Assembly: GCA_963818475.1 (NCBI GenBank)
Contig: CAWFSF010000003.1
Coordinates: 192,001-256,000 of the forward strand
Reading direction: 5' to 3'
Source of the DNA: Nitrospirota bacterium
Lineage (GTDB): Bacteria; Nitrospirota; UBA9217
Length of the DNA: 64,000 nt
The notes below the pieces were generated by a model. The model had not been told where the DNA came from, did no database searches, and saw only the letters and a program-made list of their open reading frames with translations. This document shows positions 31,451 through 41,633 of this stretch, in pieces (the stretch's first letter is position 1; every line of letters starts with the position of its first letter). Both the position numbers and the translations under genes were made by a program.

Positions 31451-31819
31451 TCAAAACTCATATCCCATCGAAACCCAGTAGCGCCAGTCTTCGACAGCCT
31501 CTTTGGTCTCCCTGCTCGCCTTGATGCCTTCCAACTGCGACAGCGGCACGCCGAATTTTCGTTTCTCCCATCGGATCGTCACGAACATTTCCCGTTCGCA
31601 TTCATCCTCCGGCGCCATGCCGACGACTTCCACCACCTCGCCGGTCTTTAACGGGGAAATTGATCTGGTTGCAATGCATTTGGCGGCAAAGGGAAACTCC
31701 AGGCGGTCCTCAAGGTAGCAGTACCACCCCATGGCGCGCTCGGCTTCGCCGTAGCAATCCACGATGATTTCTTCATCAATGCGTGCCTCGCGGGATTTGT
31801 CTGTTTTGGGCTTGGCCAT
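31451..31819 (-). CDS. CcbP-like calcium-binding family protein
   Basis: RIDEEIIVDCYGEAERAMGWYCYLEDRLEFPF...VPLSQL...AVEDWRYW. Confidence 0.8.
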   Translation of the reverse strand: MAKPKTDKSREARIDEEIIVDCYGEAERAMGWYCYLEDRLEFPFAAKCIATRSISPLKTGEVVEVVGMAPEDECEREMFVTIRWEKRKFGVPLSQLEGIKASRETKEAVEDWRYWVSMGYEF

Positions 31820-31943
31820 AAATATGTTGGTATTATCTTACCCAAATACAATATTAGTGACCTGGCTCCATGAAGTTGCGAGCCACGACACACCGCAAAC
31901 CTTCACAACAGGATAAGGCTTGAGACCATGAATGATTTTGGCT

Positions 31944-34900
31944 TCAGACACCAATGACCTCAGCGATCAAATGAGTGATCTTCGCGGAGTCAATGCTGCC
32001 GTTCGCTTCATCGCGCGTGATAATCAATGTGGCCTTTTCTCCACCACCTTCATCGTGCGGCAGAATGCCATTGGCCTTATACCAAGCAAGTTTTTCTTCC
32101 CAACGGCGTCGATAACTTGGAACATGAAGCATGCCACAGTGTTCCCAATAGAAGGTCAGACCAGATTCCATATCTTCGACGGTAAAATCGGGATACTTGG
32201 TTACGCCCGCGATAGTGAGTGGTTGTTCGTAACCATATTCTACATTTTTGCTGGCAAGATGGTCGGCAATTATCACCTCAGATTTGGATCGTACCATCTC
32301 GCCTCGTGCGGTGCGATGAATGAGATGTTCTTCATAAAATCGGCCGTCAATAATGATGGGTGATGGTGCAGTGAAAAGATTGGTCAGGCGACGCGCAGTT
32401 TCAGAACGATCGTCAGAAGAGTACTTGCGCAGCTCGGCTCGTGGTCCTTGGTGTAAAATGACGACACGATCTCTTTGTCTTGTTAGCGCGGTGTAGAGCA
32501 ACTCGCGAGAAAGAAGCCGACATGGGTTGGGCAGGACGAGTATAACTGTTCCAAATTCGCTACCCTGCGACTTGTGAACAGTAAGTGCATAGGCAAGTTC
32601 AAGTACCGGATTGCCGTCCTCACTGAAGTCCTTATTGCTCGTAAAATCGTATTTGAAGCCAGGCTGCGATGAAAATTCCACTTCCAGTTTATAGCGCAAG
32701 TCCGGGAGTCCCTTCTTCCAAAAGAACCCAACAGCCATGCCAATCTCGCCATTAGCGATATATGCGTCGTCCTTATCAGGCCAGACCTTGCGATGCTTGT
32801 TCCACCACAGACTCGGGTCAGTATTGACCAGGTTGATGACCTTGTCACCATAGACAATCTCCTCCGGCCCCATCGGTTTTGGGTATTTTCGTTTCCAACC
32901 CTGCTGGCGTGTAGTATCTATCATCGCCTGTCGAAACTGTTTATGAATCAGTCTGTTCAGGTCGGGTACACCATGAGCTGCAGAGCGTACTGGAGAAAGA
33001 ATTTGCCAACCTTCTGCAGTTTCTGCTGCTCCTGCATCCTCTCCACGGCGAGCATTAAAAAACCGGATGTCCTTTTCCTTCCAAGGTTCGCCTCCAAGCG
33101 TAGCATCGAAACCAGCGATGTCATCAGCACCACTAAGGTGTAACTCATCAACTAATACCTGTATGAGGTTCGTGCGCAGCTCTTCAGCAGTTTCCCACTG
33201 CACAAATCGAACGTGGTTACTCTTGCCCGTGCGCACAACTTTATCAAACACATCATCCTCGCCGGGTGCGATGGGTGAGCCGCTGAACCATTCAGCGAAC
33301 TGTAGGTCTTCCCGGTCAGCACCAGCTTGTCGACGACGAATGGTAAGTTCGGCGTATCCTGGTTTTACTCTCGGAAACTGCGCTGTGATACCTTCGGGGG
33401 CGAGGTGCTCAATAATGTCCACGAAAGGGCGACCTGCGCCGATGGGAGGTAGCTAACGCGGATCACCGATAAGTATGAGACGATACACTCCCTTCAGTGC
33501 CTGTATCAGTGCTGCGAGCATATCTTCGGTAAGCATAGACGCTTCGTCAATGATGACTGTGCGCGCCCCTACTTCCGTCGGATGATCGGATAGGTGATAA
33601 TGTTGGGTCCGACTATCATACCGGTGTGGCTTCAGGAACTGGGCAATAGTATAACCAGTAAGTTTGAGATTTTTTGTGGATTGCTCCATGCGCACACGCG
33701 CCTTGCCTGTAGGTGCGAGAAGCAGGATGTCACCCTCTGCAACCGAGGGATGCGAACACAACACCGAAAGCAAAGTTGTTTTTCCTGTGCCAGCGGGACC
33801 TACAAGCACGGAAAGCCGTGATTCTGCCAATTCTTTGAGCGCTGCTGTCTTCTCCGCGCGTGCACTTTCTTCTAACTCATCGCCCTTGCCTGCTCCTTGT
33901 GCAGTGAGGTGCTTGTTTAGGAGCTTGCGCCAATCGGCCTCCACAACCAATCGCTTACCTTTGATACGCTTGTCAATGGCAGAGCGGATAGTTCTCACCC
34001 ATTTCGGCCAAGCGACCCAACTGAAGTGCAGGTGCTTGATCGGCCATTGCAACTTCACCTATAACAGCGTCGAAGTCGTCCTTCGCAACATTCATGAGAT
34101 CAGCATCTACCTCACATGGCGGTTGGAGCTGCAGGGCACGGATACCGAGAACGACCTGATCCTGAGGCAACAGTGTGTTGCCGCCATTTGCCGCATCCTC
34201 CAACACCTTAATGGTTAGCGCGCGAATCCGTCGAGCGTCCGTTCCCGCATCCAATGCCGTGGGCTCCGGAAGAGGATGTTGTTTACGTATCACTTCGTCT
34301 GGAAAGACCCCTCGGTCGACGGTCCATACGCTGATCGGGTCGGAGGTCAATCTTGTGTTTTCATAGAGCATATATGGGTTTTTGAGGATATCAGTATCGC
34401 TGCATGCAATGCCTGCTTTGGTCCGTTCTTCCTGCACATATAAGGTGGTCGCCTGCTCGCGTATGATCTCGAATCGGCTTATCAGCTTCAACAGAGCCCG
34501 TCGTTCTTCTGGTAAGCGAGTCCATTTAGCGCATAGTGTCTTCCCGACCCCCTCGGCTAAGTCAGCTGGCAGGTGTTTCTTTGGATCAGCGAACATCCTA
34601 TCCACAAGCGGCCAGGGATCAGTATTATCACCGGCTTTCTCGGTTAAAGCGCGAGAAATAAAAGTACCAAGCTCAAGACCGAAAGCGGAGAGCGCAGCAC
34701 CAAGCCCCGGACAGGGGCCACGCGTTTTCCATAGTTCACCCAGCCTATCATCAATCCACTTGAGGCAGCTATCCCACGGACCTGGAAGCACACTCTTGGA
34801 CTTGCGAAGAGACTCCGCGCAAGCCAACAACGAAGAGATCGCGCCATCGTGTGTGACCAGCTGCGAGGCGTGAGAAAATTCGAGGAGCCGATCGTCAGGA

Positions 34901-35697
34901 GAAAAAGCCGCAATTTGAGCAGGGTCAAAATCAGGCTCCTGAGCTGCCTTTTCTATAGCGGCATGATAGGGAAGTAAGAAACCGTCTTTAAAATCAGGAC
35001 GGATTGAATGCTGCACCATCTGCTCCCACAACATAGCGCGAAGCTTACCGCTCATGTCTTTGGTTGTATAGTTGTATTCGATATTTGGCGTAACATGCAG
35101 CACACGCCCCACGCCGATTAGGATTCGTCTTGAGCCAGCCTCTTCAACAAAAGGGACTTTTTTCGCGTAGAATAAGCAAAGGGATTTTTCATGCTTCAGA
35201 TGAGCAACGAAGCAGTCGAGGAGAGCTTTCTGATTCGACCGTTCTTGAACCCAACTTGTCGGAAAATTAAGTTTCGGCTCGCGTTCCGCTTGCACGTCAA
35301 GACCATAATCCTCTCCAAACTTTTCCATGGCATCACGCAACGCCCAAGCGAAAGGAATCGCAGGCGCTGAGTATGGGGGGTGGCGTAAAGAAGTCGGCGC
35401 AAAATGAGCGTGGCTGGACTCGGGGCCTCTGTTGTAGGGATGGTTCGCGATGCGGGTATACTCAAACGGTGCCATAAAAGCGACGCGTTCGGCCACACAG
35501 CACGGCCATTGTTCCTGTGGTAAATCTTTTATCGACTTACCCGCTACGGTCATTTCGGCTGCGTCATTACGATCCTGACCAATGCGTTTGAGATTAAGAC
35601 ATGCGCCATTCAATTGCGGATTTGCGCAAACACGGCCGTCCCAGCCGGTATCGTGCCATGGGACGCGAATCGATATGTGTCTGAGCGGATAGATCAT
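31944..35697 (-). CDS. Large RecD-like SF1B helicase with long N-terminal domain and C-terminal PD-(D/E)xK-like nuclease; split by an indel near 33990 and an in-frame TAG at 33453
   Basis: GPAGTGKT, APTGKA, DEASM, GDPR*LPP, YALTVHKSQGSEF, YTALTR, then RSKSE...YPDF...WEHCG. Confidence 0.88.
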
Positions 35698-35799
35698 CGA
35701 CTACCACCTCCAATAATATAACCACGAAAACCTTCAGTTTCGTTGCGCCGGGGTTCGTTTCTTTACCCTTGGCATTCCACTACCATATGACCCGTTTGT

Positions 35800-36237
35800 T
35801 TACAATGGCTCGCCATTCAGCATCCTCCTTCTCAGTTCATCCAAATGTTTCTCAACATATTCCAATATGCCGGTCGCCTCGTCGTCGCTCACAAGCCCCA
35901 TCCCGAAGTGACTCGCAATGTAACAGAATGCAAAAGACATCTGCGGATCCGCCATGTCATCAGGTGCTGTATCCAGCGTTGCAACATAGCTGCTCAGGGC
36001 GGCTTCCGTCACTTTTTTAACGTTCTTATTCGATTGTTCCATGCCCCTGAACTTGAGGCAAACTCTGGGGGCCAGGTGGAACAGGTCCTTTTGTGTAATC
36101 GTAACACCGGCCAAGGGACCGAAGGGAATAGCCTCTTCCGCATCGAGATATGCGGCGGCGATTTCTTTCAGCCAAGCCTTCGGTGCGGAGGGGAGTGGTT
36201 TAGCTTCTTTCTTCACAATCGAGATCCTTGATGCCAT
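35800..36237 (-). CDS. Hypothetical protein
   Basis: 145-aa ORF starting 11 bp after the four-helix-bundle gene stop. Confidence 0.6.
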   Translation of the reverse strand: MASRISIVKKEAKPLPSAPKAWLKEIAAAYLDAEEAIPFGPLAGVTITQKDLFHLAPRVCLKFRGMEQSNKNVKKVTEAALSSYVATLDTAPDDMADPQMSFAFCYIASHFGMGLVSDDEATGILEYVEKHLDELRRRMLNGEPL

Positions 36238-36247
36238 AAGAGGCTTA

Positions 36248-36832
36248 TCAATCTCGCTTCCCGCTATTGCGGTCTTTACGCGCAGTTTGCCGCTTCTGGT
36301 AAAGCCGCTCGGTGAAGCCGCCTTCGGTAAGGAAAGCCTGCTCAAGATTTTGCAGTTGCCGGCGTAAGAGGTAACTGGCCTGGTTGGTGAGGCAGATAAG
36401 AGTGTTTGCCGCTGTTTCGGCGGTGGTGGTCCTAACCCCGTAGGGGTCGGACCGGTCTGACGAGTCGGATGGGTCTGACTGGTACTTCCTGCGTACTGCG
36501 AGAGCTTCCGGAGAATTCTTGTCCCAGGTGCGCAGTCTCCGCTGGCGGAGAAAATCCTGATAGTCCAAAAGCAGTTCTTCAAGGCTGGCTCTCGCCACGT
36601 TGGTCAGCTTGAGTTCGGTCTTCTTGGAGGTTGCGGAGGCCATGCTGCCTTCCGCGATATTTTGCACACCGCTCCGCGCAGCCTGAACCATTTGATCATG
36701 CGTGCGCGAGCGCTTGTCCACGAAACGATCACAGAAGACTACGGTTGCATCGTACACGATTTGGGCAATTTGAAAACTGCGGAGCTTGCGGTAGCCGCCG
36801 TGAGGTGGGATCAAATCATGGTTGTCACTCAT
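36248..36832 (-). CDS. Four helix bundle (23S-IVP/Avd-like) protein with suffix domain
   Basis: HGGYRKL, DQMVQAARSGVQNIAEGS, VARASLEELLLDY, GGFTERL. Confidence 0.88.
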   Translation of the reverse strand: MSDNHDLIPPHGGYRKLRSFQIAQIVYDATVVFCDRFVDKRSRTHDQMVQAARSGVQNIAEGSMASATSKKTELKLTNVARASLEELLLDYQDFLRQRRLRTWDKNSPEALAVRRKYQSDPSDSSDRSDPYGVRTTTAETAANTLICLTNQASYLLRRQLQNLEQAFLTEGGFTERLYQKRQTARKDRNSGKRD

Positions 36833-36851
36833 GGCATCGCTCCTCAAAGAT

Positions 36852-36894
36852 TCGACCGGTCTGACAGGTCCGACATGTCAGACGAGTCAGACGA
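36852..36894. repeat. 9-mer tandem repeat upstream of the four-helix-bundle gene
   Basis: gaccggtctgacaggtccgacatgtcagacgagtcagacg; same unit recurs inside the gene at about 36446-36479 (SDPSDSSDRSD). Confidence 0.7.
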
Positions 36895-36897
36895 TGT

Positions 36898-39634
36898 TCA
36901 CCCCAGCATCCTCAGGCTTTCCTCCAGCTTCTCGCGTTTCACCTTGAACTCCTCGAGTTTTGCCGTGTCCTTTTCTACAACTTCCTTCGGAGCCTTGTCC
37001 ACGAAATTCTTGTTCGAAAGCTTCTTCGAGAACACTTCGATGTCTTTGGACATCTTGGCGATTTCCTTCTGGAGACGGTCGCGTTCCTGCGTCAGGTCGA
37101 GAATGCCTTCGAGCGGCACATAGATCTCTGCTCCTTTGATCACCGCCGTGGCAACATTCTTCGGCTTCTCCTCAGCAATGCCGATGCGCAGTTCCTTGAT
37201 CCGCGCCAGGGTCTTCGCATACCCTGCGCTCTTTTCCAGATGTTCGCCGAGCTCCTTGCTCTCCACCTTGACAATCACCGTTATCTGCATCGATGGTGCA
37301 ATGTTCATCTCGCCGCGAATATTCCTGATCGCCAGGATCAGGTCCATCACCATCTGCATGTCCTGCTCGATCCCGGCGTTTATCAGCGCATCGTCCGCGA
37401 CAGGGAATGGCGCCACCATGATCGATTCGCATCTTGCCTTTTCCTTCTGGCATTCCGGACTCCTGGACTCCTGCACCCCGCACTTCCTCCGGAAGATTCT
37501 GCCAAATCTCTTCCGAGATGAACGGCATGATCGGATGCAGCAGCCGGAGCGCTGTTTCGAGCACGTGGGCCAGAACCGTCTGGGTAGCTTTTCGCGGCGC
37601 TGCGCCGAGATCGCCCATCAGTGCCGGTTTGGAGAGCTCCAGATACCAGTCGCAGTACTCGTGCCAGATAAAATGGTAAAGGGTCGAGGCTACATCGTTA
37701 AACCGATAGTCAGTAAGAGCAGTATCAACATCTTTTATAACCGAATTCAAGCGCGAAAGGATCCAGCGGTCGGCGAGGGATGCGTCGGGAGACAGGAGTT
37801 CGGAGTTCGGAGTAAAACCCTCTTCCAGGTTCATCATGACGAACCGGCTGGCGTTCCAGATCTTGTTCGCGAAGTTCCGATAGCCTTCGATCCGCTCCGG
37901 CGCGAGCTTGATGTCCCTGCCCTGGGCCGCAAATGCGGTGAGCGTGAACCGGAAGGCGTCGGTGCCGTACTGATCGATCATCACAAGCGGATCAATGACG
38001 TTGCCCTTGGACTTGCTCATTTTCTGGCCTTCGGCGTCGCGCACCAGCGCGTGGATATAGACATGCCGGAACGGCACTTCGCGCTTGAAGTGAAGTCCCA
38101 TCATGATCATCCGGGCCACCCAGAAGAAGATGATGTCAAAACTCGTGATCAGCACCGACGTGGGATAGTAGGTGGACAGCTCCTTGGTCTGGTCCGGCCA
38201 GCCGAGCGTCGAGAACGGCCAGAGAGCCGACGAGAACCAGGTGTCGAGCACATCCGTCTCCTGCCGGATGTGCGTACTCCTGCATTTCCCGCAGGAGGCG
38301 AGATCCGTGCGGCTGACGGAAATATGGCCGCAGTCGTCGCAGAACCAGGCGGGGATGCGATGGCCCCACCAGATCTGGCGTGAAATACACCAGTCTTTGA
38401 TGTTGCGCATCCATTCGAAGTAGGTGTTCTCCCACCCCTTGGGATAGAACTGGACGCGGCCGTCCTCGACGACCTTGATCGCCGGCTCGGCAAGCGGTCC
38501 TGTCTTGACGAACCACTGGGGCGAGAGATAAGGCTCCACCACGGACCGGCACCGGTAGCATTTCCCGATGGAATGGGCGTGGTCATCGGTCTTGATGAGC
38601 TTGCCCTGTTCGCTCAGCAGTTCGACCACGATGCCGCGCGCTTTCTTGGCCGGCTTCCCCGCGACCAGCTTCTGTACGTCGGGCAGCACGTCAGGGATAT
38701 CGGGAAGGATCTGGGCCTTGTCATCGAGCATCTTGATGCGCGCAAGCTCGGGCTTTTGCCGCTGGCCCGCCTCGTAGTCGTTGAAATCGTGGGCCGGCGT
38801 CACCTTGACCGCACCCGTGCCGAACTCCAGGTCCACCAGGATCGCGTCCCCGACGATCGGGATCTTCCGGTTCGTGAGTGGAAGATCGACGGTCTTGCCG
38901 ATGAGGTCCTTGTACCGCGGATCGAGCGGGTGCACGGCAACGGCCGTATCGCCGAGCATGGTCTCCGGCCGCGTGGTGGCCACCGTGAGGCGGATGTTGG
39001 GGTCGTGGCTCAGGGGATAGGCGAGGTGGTACAACTTGCCTTTCTCGTCCTCATGCTCCACCTCGATGTCGGAGAGCGCGGTGTGGCAGCGCGGGCACCA
39101 GTTGATGAGCCGCTCGCCGCGGTAGATGAGCCCCTCTTCGTAGAGCGTCACAAAGACCTCGCGCACGGCGCGCGACAGCCCCTCGTCCATGGTGAAGCGC
39201 TCGCGCTCCCAGTCACAGGACGCGCCCATCCGCTTGAGCTGGTTAATGATCCTGCCGCCGTATTCCTTTTTCCATTCCCAGACCTTTTCGACGAACCCTT
39301 CCCTGCCCAGGGCGTGCCGGTCACCCTGCTCCTTGGCGAGCTGCCGCTCGACCACGTTCTGGGTCGCGATGCCCGCATGGTCCGTACCCGGCACCCAGAG
39401 CGTATTCCTGCCGGACATCCGCATCCAGCGCACCAGGATGTCCTGGAGCGTCGAGTTCAGGGCGTGGCCGATATGGAGCGAGCCGGTCACGTTCGGCGGA
39501 GGGATCACGATCGAGAAGGACTCGCTCTGGTCGTTCTCGTCGGCATGAAAATATTTTTTTTCCAGCCAGAAAGCATACCACCGCTCTTCCACTGATTTCG
39601 GCTCGTATGCCTTGGGCAATTCTCTCGTTGACAT
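36898..39634 (-). CDS. valS: Valine--tRNA ligase; frameshift near 37430-37475
   Basis: PPPNVTGSLHIGH, GTDHAG, ATTRPET, WCISRQ, DTWFSS, KMSKS, C-terminal coiled coil ...FVDKAPKEVV. Confidence 0.97.
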
Positions 39635-39674
39635 GAAAACGATCTCCTTGAGCGATCACATCGCTAACCAAAAT

Positions 39675-39697
39675 AAAAGAGGGGAGCAAGTCCCCTC
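39675..39697 (-). terminator. Probable terminator after the romR-like gene
   Basis: Minus strand GAGGGGACTTGCTCCCCTC followed by TTTT. Confidence 0.6.
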
Positions 39698-39706
39698 GTA
39701 TTTTTC

Positions 39707-39739
39707 AATCCGAAATCCGAAATCCGAACGATCCGAAAT
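39707..39739. repeat. Heptamer tandem repeat (AATCCGA)n
   Basis: aatccgaaatccgaaatccgaacgatccgaaat right after the romR-like stop codon. Confidence 0.8.
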
Positions 39740-39740
39740 A

Positions 39741-40787
39741 CTATGGCTCCGCTTTCAGCCGCTCTATCTCTGCTTTGATCAGCATCTCGGCCAGGTCCGG
39801 AATAACTTCCCACGCAACCTTCTCGATCACCTGACGCGCCGTTTCCCGGACGATCCTTTCAACGCTCTCTTGGAGGACCTTCCGGAGCATCTCCTCGGAC
39901 ACGGCAACGGACGAGGCCGCTGTCGCAGGCTCAGGGCTTGTCGGGGGAACATATTCGCGCGCCTCCGGCATCTGGGGTATAGGCGTTTCCGGACGGCGCT
40001 GCGCCGGTTTTTCAAAGGCATCGAGTGCGGCAATGGCAGCCAGGCCGAGAGATTCGGCACCGCCGGCCTCTGCCTGTTCTGCGGCAGCAGACAGACCGAG
40101 GCCTGCCCGCATCTCCTCGACGGCCTTCTTTCCGACGGGCAGCGCCTCTTCCGCCTCAACGGCCAGCTGCTCTTCCGCCTCGAACTCAGGCTCGACCTCG
40201 AACACCGCCTCTTCTTCCTCAACCGGCGCCGATGCGCCCGGTCTCAGATCAACGGGGCTCGGGGCTTCCTCGATGATATCGAAAATGTCCATCGGCGCCG
40301 GCTGCGTCGGCTTCGGAACCGGAGCCGCTTGCGGCGGCGCAGCTGCGGGAGCCGGCCTGACCGCTGCTGCCGGGGCAGGCCTGGGTGCGGCAGCTGCAGG
40401 CTCGGCGGCCCGCGGTGCAGCCGTTGCGATCGCCTTCCTGACCTTGCCGATCAGTTCCTGCGACTCGAAGGGTTTGGCGATATTATCAACAATTCCGGCC
40501 TGCGTTGCCTTTGCTTCGTCGAACACATCGTCGCGGCTCAGCATGAGTATCACCGGCGTCTGGGCAAGCGCGGGAATCTGCTTCAACCGCGCAGAAAAGC
40601 TGTAGCCGTCGATCCGCGGCAGGTCGACATCCGCCAATACAACATCGGGCAGTGTTCTCCCGGCCTCATTGAGCGCCGTTTCGCCATCACTGGCGCAGCT
40701 GACCTCGTACTCCCTGCCCGAGAACAGCATTTCCACAACCTTCTGAATGGTGATACTCTTGTCTGCTAAGAGAATTTTAACCGGCAT
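39741..40787 (-). CDS. romR: RomR-like response regulator (REC + Pro/Ala-rich linker + conserved C-terminal helix)
   Basis: LLADKSITIQKVV receiver; C-terminal VIEKVAWEVIPDLAEMLIKAEIERL; located next to valS. Confidence 0.72.
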   Translation of the reverse strand: MPVKILLADKSITIQKVVEMLFSGREYEVSCASDGETALNEAGRTLPDVVLADVDLPRIDGYSFSARLKQIPALAQTPVILMLSRDDVFDEAKATQAGIVDNIAKPFESQELIGKVRKAIATAAPRAAEPAAAAPRPAPAAAVRPAPAAAPPQAAPVPKPTQPAPMDIFDIIEEAPSPVDLRPGASAPVEEEEAVFEVEPEFEAEEQLAVEAEEALPVGKKAVEEMRAGLGLSAAAEQAEAGGAESLGLAAIAALDAFEKPAQRRPETPIPQMPEAREYVPPTSPEPATAASSVAVSEEMLRKVLQESVERIVRETARQVIEKVAWEVIPDLAEMLIKAEIERLKAEP

Positions 40788-41226
40788 GTAGCAACCTTTC
40801 ACCATCGAGTATCATGATTTCCTGATCATCCTCATGCACAAGCCCCTTAACGAACTTCGGGTCCACGCCCTTCGGCTTGGCCATGCCTGCCTCCGGGCTT
40901 TTCAGCGGGGCCATCTTCACGACAGAATCGACGACAATGCCGAAGGGGTTCCTGTTCACTTCGAGCAGAATAATGCTCTGTCCGCCCCTCGCGCCGGCAG
41001 GCTCGGCAGCGGTAAAACCGATCGGGCCCGGCTTGGCCATGCCAAGCTGCTGAGCAATATTGAAGACGGGATACACGATCCCCCGGTACTCGAGCAGCCC
41101 TTCTACATAGGAGTAGGCCAGCGGCACCCGTCGTGACGGGCGCCAGGGCAGGATCTCGATGGCGCCGTCGAGCTTAACAGCGAAGAGCCGTCCTGACAGC
41201 AAAAACACCAAATAGTTGATCGTCAT
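40777..41226 (-). CDS. CheW-like coupling protein
   Basis: VEGLLEYRGIVYPVFN, FGIVVDSV. Confidence 0.85.
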   Translation of the reverse strand: MTINYLVFLLSGRLFAVKLDGAIEILPWRPSRRVPLAYSYVEGLLEYRGIVYPVFNIAQQLGMAKPGPIGFTAAEPAGARGGQSIILLEVNRNPFGIVVDSVVKMAPLKSPEAGMAKPKGVDPKFVKGLVHEDDQEIMILDGERLLHAG

Positions 41227-41633
41227 GGCAGCAGGCCGTCCTCGTTCAGAAGCAGCACCAGGCTGTCGCGGTACCGGAGGATCCCGCCATAATACCGCAT
41301 ACTGGGGTTCAGGATGCCCGCCGGCACGGGGGCCGGTTTCTGCGCTGTGTCAAAAATCTCCGTAACCTCATCCACCAGGAGGCCCAGCGTACCCTTGGCA
41401 CTCTGCACCATGAGCAGTGCCGTACCTTTGTTTCCCTGAAGGTTAAAGATCTTTTTCAGGTTGAGCACCGGGACCAGCCTGCCGCGGTATTCGCATTTTC
41501 CCTCGAAGACCTCGGAGAGGCTTTTATCCTTCTGGATATCGCGCGGCACCGTGATCTCCAGCAGGCGGGAGATAGGAATGGCGTAGCCCTCTCCCTGCAG
41601 CGAGAGTATAAGATATCGTGTTCCTTCAGCCAT
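41223..41633 (-). CDS. CheW-like coupling protein
   Basis: YRGRLVPVLNL, LGLLVDEV. Confidence 0.85.
   Translation of the reverse strand: MAEGTRYLILSLQGEGYAIPISRLLEITVPRDIQKDKSLSEVFEGKCEYRGRLVPVLNLKKIFNLQGNKGTALLMVQSAKGTLGLLVDEVTEIFDTAQKPAPVPAGILNPSMRYYGGILRYRDSLVLLLNEDGLLP

Noticed and set aside
33453-33455. TAG recoding (pyrrolysine or alternative code) in the helicase
   Set aside because: The position is a conserved Gln (CAG to TAG), and TAG serves as a normal stop for other genes here such as dksA and nadC
36248-36832. Diversity-generating retroelement (Avd-like four-helix bundle)
   Set aside because: No reverse transcriptase and no TR/VR pair with adenine-specific mismatches seen in the window
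36898-39634. valS and other core genes as pseudogenes or programmed frameshifts
   Set aside because: Essential genes with intact motifs; breaks are scattered and lack slippery-site signatures, consistent with sequencing error
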